Part shown: positions 9,875 through 17,759 of the stretch, piece after piece
How positions within the stretch are numbered: position 1 is the first letter of the stretch
Layout: each line of letters begins with the position of its first letter
From: an uncultured Gemmatimonadales bacterium
Lineage (GTDB): Bacteria > Gemmatimonadota > Gemmatimonadetes > Gemmatimonadales > GWC2-71-9
NCBI GenBank assembly: GCA_963771275.1
Contig: CAVYSW010000003.1
Coordinates: 192,001-256,000, forward strand
DNA: 64,000 bases
Reading direction: 5' to 3'
The notes under the pieces: generated by a model
Told to the model about the DNA's origin: nothing
Database searches by the model: none
What the model saw: the letters and a program-made list of their open reading frames with translations, nothing else
Position numbers and translations under genes: made by a program

Positions 9875-10032
9875 TGGGGGACCCTCCCACTTGTCAGTGT
9901 CCGAGCTACCGTGAGTGTTGACACTCCTGCCCGGCCAGGGAAAGGAGAGCCGCAGGTTGCGGTGCAGCGCCCGCTCCCCTTGGCCGGGCCGCGTGAGTGG
10001 GTCTGCGCGCACTACTACCCATGGGGCGCTTC

Positions 10033-10174
10033 ACGGGGTTGAAACCGATCAGCGAGAAGCGCTCCCCGCGCACCGCCCGGCTGCTGAAACGGCTCCAGAA
10101 GATCGCGGAACCTCCCCGCCGCCGATCAGCGCACCGTCCTCAAGCTCCTCGACGCCCTCCACGCCGCCCGCTAG
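10033..10174 (+). pseudogene. Relic C-terminal half of an XRE-family regulator
   Basis: GLKPISEKRSPRTARLLKRLQKIAE, then a 1-nt shift near 10111, then LPAADQRTVLKLLDALHAAR*. Resembles the C-terminus of the intact XRE at 12183 (..EEKRAARDLLDALI); no HTH upstream. Confidence 0.6.
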
Positions 10175-10220
10175 CGCGAGCGGCCCCGCGCCCGCGCCAC
10201 CGCTGGCCGCTAAGCGAAGA

Positions 10221-10242
10221 AGCCCGGCTGTTAGGCCGGGCT
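10221..10242. terminator. Hairpin between convergent XRE relic and immunity gene
   Basis: AGCCCGGC-TGTTAG-GCCGGGCT, preceded by AAGA (short U-rich tail on minus strand). Confidence 0.55.
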
Positions 10243-10273
10243 CCCCTGGGACATGAAATGACCCAGAATCCTG

Positions 10274-10735
10274 CTAGCTAGGCTCCTCGTTCAAAGGGGA
10301 CTGAGAGGCCATCTGTACTGATTCGGCGATCCGCCACTGTACGAAGACCACCTCGAACCAGCTATACCCCTCTCGCCGGAACAGGGCCCGGTAGCTCGGC
10401 ACGGTCAGACGAGTGCGAGTTGGCGCAGCATGCTCGATACGCAAACAGGCAATCTCACCGTGGCCCCAATTGACCGACGCCGAGCCACCCACCATGCCGT
10501 CCACAAGATCGTTAACGAGGTGAAGGTCGCTCACGCCCAGGAAACGAATGGAGACGATCCGGCGGCTGACTCCTGTCGACCGAACGCTGCCATCGTCCTG
10601 CCAGACGAAGTCGATGTCGACGTTGAGCGACGTACCCCAGTCCAGCCACTCAACGCCGACGACGACACACTCCTCAAAATCGCGGTAGGCGTGCACTTGA
10701 GCGCGTAGCGCCGCGAGCTCGTTCACCGGTTCCAT
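10274..10735 (-). CDS. Putative immunity protein of the RHS toxin
   Basis: 153 aa, low-GC codons; start overlaps the toxin's 3' end by 13 nt, the usual toxin-immunity coupling. Confidence 0.7.
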   Translation of the reverse strand: MEPVNELAALRAQVHAYRDFEECVVVGVEWLDWGTSLNVDIDFVWQDDGSVRSTGVSRRIVSIRFLGVSDLHLVNDLVDGMVGGSASVNWGHGEIACLRIEHAAPTRTRLTVPSYRALFRREGYSWFEVVFVQWRIAESVQMASQSPLNEEPS

Positions 10736-11355
10736 ATCGTCAAGTGAGTCGTAGCATTCGAGCCCGGGTTTCCCATCGCGTCAAGATAGTTGCCGGCGGC
10801 GTTCTTCGCGCGCATGTACCACCCGTTCGCGCCGCGCATAAGCCGAACTTCTTCACCGGTGCCGTTAGTAAACAGATAGCCCTGCTTGTTCTCGGCTAGC
10901 CTCATTGCGAAGCCGCCCTCCTTCAGGGCCGCGCGAATACCAATGATCGATTCATCGGCAAGTGCGCCACCCTCCGAGAATAGCGCCCGGAGCCCGGCAC
11001 TCGCGCCCTTGAGTCCACGACCGATCGCCCCGCCGCCGACGGTGAAGGCCGCCATCGCAAGGCCACGCCCGGCGTGACCACTACCTATGTCGTAGCCTGC
11101 GTCAAAGGCGGCGCTGATCGGATTGAAGTCATTGACTGCGTTGAGCGCGGCGGCACCGTTCAAGACTACACCGCCTACAACGCCACCCTTCTGCGCGCCC
11201 CAATTCGCGGCTTGCTGAAGGCAGTCTTCGATCGGCGGGCACAGCCCAAACGGGTCGCTGAAGTTGACCGGATCCCCGTTGGCGAAGCCATAGAGGTAGC
11301 CCGCCGGCGTAGCCGATCGGGTCTTCCTGGGTAAGACACCCGGTCGCCGTGTTGG
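10723..11355 (-). pseudogene. Orphan RHS-core plus C-terminal toxin cassette, two frameshifts
   Basis: Reads TATGCLTQEDPIGYAGG, shift ~11300, YLYGFANGDPVNFSDPFGL-CPPIEDCLQQAANW, shift ~11200, GAQKGGVVGGVVLNGAAAL...VRLMRGANGWYMRAKNAAGNYLDAMGNPGSNATTHLTIWNR*. PxxxxDPxGL is the RHS hallmark. Confidence 0.85.
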
Positions 11356-11526
11356 GCTACGATTTCGCCGCGCTAACCGCCTGCGACTCGCTCCCTTAGC
11401 CGCTCACCCCTCCTGATTCTTGATCGTAATCTGCACTCAAAACCGCCGACGTGCACTTCCGAGGGGGGGTGGGGCGCGCTTGGGGGGTCGGGGACCGTCT
11501 CAGCAGGGTGCGGTTTCAACCGCGGC

Positions 11527-11892
11527 CTACGAGTCGGGGTGATACTCCCGGATCTGGTCGCGATGAACGATCCACAGCTTTCCCGCCACAGGGCGAGCGG
11601 GCGCCGCCTGTACCAGGGTCCGGACCGCGTGCCGGAGCGCCGCCTGCGTGGCCCGTGCCGGCAATCGGATCACCACGATGCCACTGTACGAGGCGGGGTG
11701 AAAGAGCAGCGGATTGCCGAACTCGAGGTCCAAGGTGACCAGGCAGCGTGCCTCCCTATGGGCGGCGTCCAGGACGCGCCGATCAGACGCTCCCTGGAGT
11801 TCCTCTTCACCCACGGTGATCACATCGTGCGCCGCCGCCCGCAGGGCGTCGGCGACCGCCTGGCCGAGGTTCTCGTCGAGCTTGAAGTTCAC
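11527..11892 (-). CDS. DUF5615-type PIN-like protein (putative toxin)
   Basis: FKLDENL..LRAAAHDV..GASDRRVL..LVTLDLEFG; coupled (GTGA) to the DUF433 gene. Confidence 0.85.
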   Translation of the reverse strand: MNFKLDENLGQAVADALRAAAHDVITVGEEELQGASDRRVLDAAHREARCLVTLDLEFGNPLLFHPASYSGIVVIRLPARATQAALRHAVRTLVQAAPARPVAGKLWIVHRDQIREYHPDS

Positions 11893-12134
11893 GCCCCCGC
11901 GCCAGAGACATCCACGTAACGCTCGCGCGCCATCTCGGCCCCGTACGCGATGCAGGCGCGGATGTCCTCAGCCGTGAGGTCCGGGTACTGTGTGAGAATC
12001 TCCTCGACCGTCATCCCGTCGGCCAGGAAGTCGAGCACCAACGACACCCAGATACGGTGTCCTCGAATGCACGGCTTCCCAAAACAGACGTTCGGGTCCA
12101 CCGTAATGCGAGCCAGCAGCGTGTCACGATCCAC
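11889..12134 (-). CDS. DUF433 family protein (putative antitoxin)
   Basis: RITVDPNVCFGKPCIRGHRIWV..GMTVEEILTQYPDLTAEDIRACIAY; GGAGG RBS before GTG 12134. Confidence 0.92.
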   Translation of the reverse strand: MDRDTLLARITVDPNVCFGKPCIRGHRIWVSLVLDFLADGMTVEEILTQYPDLTAEDIRACIAYGAEMARERYVDVSGAGA

Positions 12135-12182
12135 GGGCGCCCCTCCACGATGGAAAGCTAGTGGCGGCCTCGCTACCCCGCC

Positions 12183-12674
12183 ATGTCCGCTCCCGAGCCT
12201 CAGCTGATGATGGCTACGCTCGTCCTGGACTGCATGCCCCGGCCCCGGCCCGACGACTTCGCCCCCCGCCTCGCCGCCCTGCGGAAGGCGCGCCGCCTCA
12301 CCCAGCAGGCCCTGGCCGAGCAGGTGGGCCTCCACGTCATGCAAATCCACCGCTACGAGGCCGGCACCTCCCAGCCTACGCTCGATGTCATCCGCCGCTT
12401 AGCCGTCACGTTGGGCGTCACCGCCGACGAGCTCGTCTTCGGCCCCGACGCTCGCGGGCCCGACCAGGACCTCAAGCTCCAGTTTGAAGCGGTGAGTCGG
12501 TTCAGCCGCGAGGAAAAACGCGCCGCCCGGGACCTCCTCGATGCCCTCATCCTCAAACACCAAGCCCGGCACCACCCCATTGCGCCGGCGCGTGCTGGGT
12601 CACCACCGGCGCGTTCTCGCACTTCCGCCGCGCACCATGAAGCGTCGGGGCGCGGCATCGTGCACCCACAATGA
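12183..12674 (+). CDS. XRE-family HTH transcriptional regulator
   Basis: RLAALRKARRLTQQALAEQVGLHVMQIHRYEAGTSQPTLDVIRRLAVTLGVTADELVFG; exact start uncertain (12183-12235). Confidence 0.88.
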   Translation: MSAPEPQLMMATLVLDCMPRPRPDDFAPRLAALRKARRLTQQALAEQVGLHVMQIHRYEAGTSQPTLDVIRRLAVTLGVTADELVFGPDARGPDQDLKLQFEAVSRFSREEKRAARDLLDALILKHQARHHPIAPARAGSPPARSRTSAAHHEASGRGIVHPQ

Positions 12675-12842
12675 GGATGCGGGGCCCAATGCACAAGTTG
12701 CTACCGGTAGCAGGTCTTGGCCTGCTAGTGGTAGCAGTGTCTGCCTGGCAGAAGCGGAGATACGATCTGTCAGATTGGCGGAATCAAGGTCGTGAGGGTG
12801 CCAGCGGGCCCCGCGAGCTCACCGGACTCCTCTTCAACTGTA

Positions 12843-13786
12843 CTAGATGCGGCCCAGCGCCCGGGCGTGGAACCCGATCAGCTTGTAGACCAGCTTGGCG
12901 GCGAGGAAATCGGGGGCGACCATCCCGGGAATCGGCGCCAGCTCCACGACGTCGGCGCCCACCACGTTGCGCTCCCGGAACACGCGGTCGAGGAAGCGAA
13001 TCGTGGAGTTCCACTGCCCGCCGCCCGGCTCGGGGGTACCGGTCGCGGGCACGCAGGCCGGGTCGAAGTAGTCCACGTCGATCGTGAGGTAGACGTCCGG
13101 CCCCAGCCCGGCGATCGCCCGATCCATCCAGGACTCATCCTCCAGCTCGTGGCCGAACACCACGGTCATGCGCCGGCGCCGCTGGAGCGCCCGTTCCTCG
13201 GCGGTGAGCGAACGGATGCCCACCTGCACCAGCTTCACGCGCTCGTGCACCGTGTGCATCACGCACGCGTGGGACAGCGGCGTGCCCTCGTACTCCGCGC
13301 GCAGGTCGGCGTGCGCGTCGAGCTGGAGCACCGACAGCTTCCCCTTCTTCTGCCGGTCGGCATGGGCGAGGATCGGCGGGCCCGAGACGCTGTGCTCGCC
13401 GCCCAGCATGATGACGAACTTGCCGGTGGGAAGCAGGGCGTCGAACGCCTGCGCAACTCGCGCGAGCGCGCGCGCGGGCCCCGCCCCCGAGAGCAGCAGC
13501 GTCGGGCAGGGTGTGCACGCCGATGCGTGTAGGGCTCCGCGTCGAGCTCGTGGTCGTACAGCTCGACGAACCGCGACGCGTGGAGCAACGCGCGCGGTCC
13601 GAACCGGGTGCCCCCCATGTAGGAGACCGTCGCCTCGTAGGGGACCGGGAGGATCAGCACCGCGGCGCCGTCGTAGCGCGCCGCGTCCTCGGGGAGGCCA
13701 AGGAGATTCTCCGCGGGAGCCCAGCCGAGCCGCTCGAGCGCCTTGGTGTGGCCCTCCACCCGACCGCCGCCGCGGAACTCGTTCAC
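12843..13786 (-). pseudogene. speB: Agmatinase, frameshifted near 13505-13525 (true pseudogene or sequence error)
   Basis: N-part (PVPYEATVSYMGGTRFGP) and C-part (LGGEHS, LDAHADLR, GIRS, TIDVDYFDP, TGTPEPGG, DVVELAP) lie in different frames; linker IGVHTLP is in the third frame. Confidence 0.88.
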
Positions 13787-13796
13787 CGGGGCGGGC

Positions 13797-14357
13797 TCAC
13801 TCGCAGAAGATCACCGCGGACAGCGCCGTGACCCACCGCCCGTCGTCCTGCGCCTCGGCCGTCTGGCTGATGTGCAGGGTCTTCACCATCTCGCCCGACA
13901 GCAGCCACTGCTCCTTGCGCTGGTCCCACGCCTGGTCGGGGTCGAACGGCACGCCGAGCACGGTGGCGAGCATGCTGGCGGCGAGGTCCTCGGCGTAATC
14001 GCCCGCGGACTGCTGGCGCTGGCCGAACGCGTGGTGTTCCGAGATGTAGCCGTGGTGCGAGGGATCCGCCGGGATCGCGAGGCCGATCGCCGACGCGGCG
14101 AGGCGCGACGGCTCGTTGGTCTCCGCCTGCGCCACGACCGCGAAGACCACCTGACCGGGTTGCAGCAGCTTCAAGCCCTCTTCCCGCGAGATCAGCTGGC
14201 AGTTCGGCGGGAAGATCGAGCTCACCCGCACCAGGTTGTACTGCGCGACGTGCGCCTCACGCAGCGCCATCTCGAAGCTCGTGAGCTTCTCCCGGTGCCG
14301 GCCGACGCCCTTGGTGAGAAACGCCTTGGTCGGGACGAACAACTTGGGATCGATCAC
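13797..14357 (-). CDS. pdaD: Pyruvoyl-dependent arginine decarboxylase
   Basis: LTSFEMALR..YNLVRVSSIFPP self-cleavage Ser-Ser site; GYISEHH; AEDLAASMLATVLG. Confidence 0.92.
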   Translation of the reverse strand: MIDPKLFVPTKAFLTKGVGRHREKLTSFEMALREAHVAQYNLVRVSSIFPPNCQLISREEGLKLLQPGQVVFAVVAQAETNEPSRLAASAIGLAIPADPSHHGYISEHHAFGQRQQSAGDYAEDLAASMLATVLGVPFDPDQAWDQRKEQWLLSGEMVKTLHISQTAEAQDDGRWVTALSAVIFCE

Positions 14358-14860
14358 CGTGCTGTCCCCTCGCGCTCAATGGTTCCGGCCCGCACCGTCA
14401 CGGCATGTCGGCGGCACTCGCCGCACTCCCCGTAGATCTCCCACCGATGACGATGGTGCAGATACCCGTGCTCCTCGGCGATGGCCGTGCTCATCCGCTC
14501 GACGCGCGCGGTGGCGAACTCCACCACGCGGCCACAGCGCACGCAGATCAGATGCTCGTGATAGCCGCGCGCCGCCAACGGCTCGTACCGCCTGAACCCC
14601 TCACCGAAATCGTGCTCCTGCAGCAGGCCCGCCTTGACCAGCAGCTCGAGCGTGCGGTAGACGGTCGCCTTGCCGACGTGCTCCGCCTGCTCGGCCAGCG
14701 CAAGCTCGATCTCGGGCACCGACACGTGACGATCCGCGTAGAACACGGCGGCCGCCACGACTTCGCGCTGGCGCGTCACAGGCAACCCGTGCTCATGCAG
14801 GTACTGGCGAAACGCCCCCATCAGGAGGGCGCCGTCAGCGCGCGGCGGGGGATTGGTCAC
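14354..14860 (-). CDS. Fur-family metalloregulator
   Basis: TRQREVV, ATVYRTLELL, HEHLICVRCGRVVEF, YGECGEC; start approximate (GTG 14860). Confidence 0.92.
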   Translation of the reverse strand: MTNPPPRADGALLMGAFRQYLHEHGLPVTRQREVVAAAVFYADRHVSVPEIELALAEQAEHVGKATVYRTLELLVKAGLLQEHDFGEGFRRYEPLAARGYHEHLICVRCGRVVEFATARVERMSTAIAEEHGYLHHRHRWEIYGECGECRRHAVTVRAGTIEREGTAR

Positions 14861-15272
14861 GGTCGTCGAACCAGGTCGCCGGCACGATCTCGAGTGGCGG
14901 CTCCGCCTCGCCCGCACGCTGCTGCACGCCGCGGATCACCTCGGGGAGCACGTCATCGGGCGTCTCGCCCACGTCTTCGACCCCCACCTGCCCCTGCCCC
15001 CGCTCCCGCCCGCGCACCACGAGGTGGTAGCTGCCGGTGTACACTCGCAGCCGGCCCGCGCTGACGCGCCGGGCAATCACCGCCGTGCCCCACTCCCGGT
15101 CCTCGCCGCGCATGGGCGGAAACAGCCACGCGCGCTCGATCTCGGCAACCGGCATGGTCCGGGCAACCTCCTCCGCCACGCGCCGCCAGCCGAGCGGCAG
15201 GCCTGCCGCCGCGGCGGGGCGCGACGGCGCGCGCGCCGCCTCGAGGTCTGGCGCAGGACGGGGCTCGGTCAC
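14835..15272 (-). CDS. Hypothetical protein
   Basis: 145 aa with high-GC3 codons; preceded by a promoter; overlaps the fur-like gene. Confidence 0.7.
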   Translation of the reverse strand: MTEPRPAPDLEAARAPSRPAAAAGLPLGWRRVAEEVARTMPVAEIERAWLFPPMRGEDREWGTAVIARRVSAGRLRVYTGSYHLVVRGRERGQGQVGVEDVGETPDDVLPEVIRGVQQRAGEAEPPLEIVPATWFDDRDQSPAAR

Positions 15273-15280
15273 GGCGCAGC

Positions 15281-15309
15281 AAGATACCGGTGGGGGCCCC
15301 CCCGTTCAA
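15281..15309 (-). promoter_or_regulatory. Sigma70-type promoter of hyp-fur-pdaD-speB operon
   Basis: TTGAAC-N17-TATCTT, 8 nt before GTG 15272. Confidence 0.6.
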
Positions 15310-15337
15310 CCCGGCGCCCGACCGGCGATCCGGCACG

Positions 15338-17752
15338 CTACAGCAGGGAGACCGGGTCGCGGTCGACCACGAGCCGCACCGCACCCCGCGGGCCGAGGGG
15401 CGCCCGTCGCGCGGTATAACGCGCCAGCCGACCCAGCAGCGCGCGATCCGTCGCGCGCAGCAGCAGGTGCCAGCGCCAGCGCGCCTTGATCCGGGCGAGT
15501 GGGGCGGGGGCCGGGCCGACGATCTCCACGCCGGGCGCCCGGGCGGCCACCACGCCCCGGAGCCAATCCGCCAGCGCCACCGCCGCGTCCGCGACGACAG
15601 GTTCTCGCGTCCCGCTCACCAGCACGTTGACCAACCCCACCGTCGGCGGATAGGCCGGCGACTGGCGGGCCACCAGCTCGCTCGCCGCGAACCCCTCGAA
15701 GTCGTGTCGGGCCGCCGCCGTCAGCGCGGCGTGGTCCGGACTCCGCGTCTGCACCAGCACAGCTCCCCCGCGCGGGCCGCGGCCCGCCCGACCCGCCACC
15801 TGCGCGATCAGCTGGAACGTCCGCTCCGCCGCGTGGAAATCGGGCAGATGGAGCCCGGTGTCCGCGTCCACCACACCCACCAGCGTCACATTCGGGAAAT
15901 CGAGTCCCTTGGCGATCATCTGCGTCCCGAACAGCACGTCGACATCACCGGTCCGCACGCCGTCGAGAATGCGCGCGTGCGACCACTTCGTGCCCGTGGT
16001 GTCGGCGTCCATCCGCGCGAGCCGGGCCGCCGGATACCGGATCGCGAGCCAGCGCTCGAGCTCCTGCGTCCCCACACCGCGCGTCCGCTGCGCCGGGGCG
16101 CCACACTGCCGGCAGGCCTCGGGCACCGCCGTGTCGTGCCCGCAATAATGGCAGCGCAGCCGGGGCGGGGTGCGATGGACGGTGAGCGCAATGGAGCAGT
16201 GCGGACATTCCCACACGAAGCCGCACCGCGCGCATTGCAGGAAATGCGCGAGGCCGCGCCGGTTGAGCAGCAGCAGGACCTGTTCCCCGGTGGCGAGCCG
16301 CGCCTCCACCGCCTGGTCGAGCGCGCGCGACCACGGCACCGCGCCCGCCGCCGGCACGCGCGGCGCGCTGCGGAGATCGATCAGCTCCACGGGCGGGAGC
16401 GGACGCGCTCCCACCCGGTCGGGGAGGCGGACCAGCGTGAGGCGCTCGCGGGCGGCCCACGTCTCGAGCGCCGGCGTCGCGCTGGCGAGCACCACCCGCG
16501 CGCCCTGCAGCCGTGCCCGCGCGAGCGCCACGTGCCGCGCGTGATAGCGCGGCAGCTCGCCGTTCTTGTAGCTCGGGTCGTGCTCCTCGTCCACCACGAT
16601 GGCCCCGAGGTCCGTTAGCGGCGCGAACACCGCCGAACGGGCGCCCACAATCACCCGCCGCCGGCCCGCGGCCACCGCCCGCCACGCGTCCGTCCGCTCG
16701 GCGTCGGACAGGGCGCTGTGCAGCACCGCCACGTCCTCCCCGAACACCCCCCGCACCCGCGCGATCGTCTGGGGCGTGAGGGCGATCTCCGGCACGAGCA
16801 CGATGGCACCGCGTCCCGCGCGCACCAGCGGGCGGATCGCCTCCAGATAGACCAGCGTCTTCCCGCTGCCCGTGACCCCGAACAGCAGCGCGGCCTCGCC
16901 CGCCGGCATGCCGGCGAGCGTCTCCAAGGCGGCCTGCTGCGCGGGCCCGGGCTGCACCGGCGGCTCGGCCCGCACGTCGGCGAAGGGATCGCGCAGCCGC
17001 TCGCGCTCCTCGATGCGCGCGAGCCCGCGCTCGGCGAGCGCATGGAGAATCGCCGGGGAGAAGCCGAGCTGGTGCGTGAGATGCGACCACGCCGCCTCGC
17101 CGCCCGCGGCGTCGATCGCGTCGTACGCAGCCCGCTGCCGCGCCGCGCGAGCGAAGGTCCGCTCGCGATCCGCGAGCGACGGCAGCGCGCGCACGAGCAC
17201 CACGACCCGCTCGTGCCCGGCCGTCGGCCCGAGCGCGGGAGCTTCGGTCTCGAGCGTCACGGCACCCGCGCGGCTGAGCCGCTGCAGCACGTCCCACACC
17301 GGGCGGCCGACCTTCCGGGCGAGCTGCGTTGCCGGCGCGCGCCCGCCCGCGCGCTCCAGCGCCGTGAGCACATCGCGGCTGGCGCCTCCCCCCGCGCTGG
17401 TGGGATGACGGACCTCGGCGATGAGACGCGATTCCCCCCAGAGCGGGCCTGGCAGCATCGCGCGGAGGCACAGGCCCAGCGGCGTCGCGTAGTAGCGGCT
17501 GATCCACCCGGCGAGCGTGAGCAAGGGGCGTGGCACGAGCGGTGCCGGGTCGGGCGCCAGCAGAACCGCCTTGAGGTCCGCCGTCGGTTCGTCGCCCAGA
17601 TCGAGAACGACGCCGACCATTTCCCGCCCGCGCACCGGCACGACGACGCGCGCCCCGGCGACGACGCGATCGGCCAGGCTCTCGGGCACGGCGTAGCGGT
17701 ACGGCTGGGGCGCGGGAAGCGGAAGCACCACCCGACACGTGGTCGGGATCAC
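15338..17752 (-). CDS. priA: Primosomal protein N' (replication restart helicase)
   Basis: LFGVTGSGKT, LVPEIALTPQ, GARSAVFAP, DEEHD, two CxxC..CxxC zinc sites, GTQMIAKGLDFPNV, QVAGRAGR, VDRDPVSLL; start likely GTG 17752. Confidence 0.97.
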   Translation of the reverse strand: MIPTTCRVVLPLPAPQPYRYAVPESLADRVVAGARVVVPVRGREMVGVVLDLGDEPTADLKAVLLAPDPAPLVPRPLLTLAGWISRYYATPLGLCLRAMLPGPLWGESRLIAEVRHPTSAGGGASRDVLTALERAGGRAPATQLARKVGRPVWDVLQRLSRAGAVTLETEAPALGPTAGHERVVVLVRALPSLADRERTFARAARQRAAYDAIDAAGGEAAWSHLTHQLGFSPAILHALAERGLARIEERERLRDPFADVRAEPPVQPGPAQQAALETLAGMPAGEAALLFGVTGSGKTLVYLEAIRPLVRAGRGAIVLVPEIALTPQTIARVRGVFGEDVAVLHSALSDAERTDAWRAVAAGRRRVIVGARSAVFAPLTDLGAIVVDEEHDPSYKNGELPRYHARHVALARARLQGARVVLASATPALETWAARERLTLVRLPDRVGARPLPPVELIDLRSAPRVPAAGAVPWSRALDQAVEARLATGEQVLLLLNRRGLAHFLQCARCGFVWECPHCSIALTVHRTPPRLRCHYCGHDTAVPEACRQCGAPAQRTRGVGTQELERWLAIRYPAARLARMDADTTGTKWSHARILDGVRTGDVDVLFGTQMIAKGLDFPNVTLVGVVDADTGLHLPDFHAAERTFQLIAQVAGRAGRGPRGGAVLVQTRSPDHAALTAAARHDFEGFAASELVARQSPAYPPTVGLVNVLVSGTREPVVADAAVALADWLRGVVAARAPGVEIVGPAPAPLARIKARWRWHLLLRATDRALLGRLARYTARRAPLGPRGAVRLVVDRDPVSLL

Positions 17753-17759
17753 GGCGCGC

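Noticed and set aside
11395..11470. AT-richer stretch upstream of the RHS core as a dif/Xer-like recombination site
   Set aside because: Could not match paired XerC/XerD arms by eye
8846..12842. Possible CRISPR array, prophage or intact IS/integron in the island
   Set aside because: No regularly spaced direct repeats, cas, phage, transposase or integrase genes recognised
13500..13530. Programmed ribosomal frameshift in speB
   Set aside because: Two separate shifts would be needed and there is no slippery heptamer; mutation or sequence error is simpler
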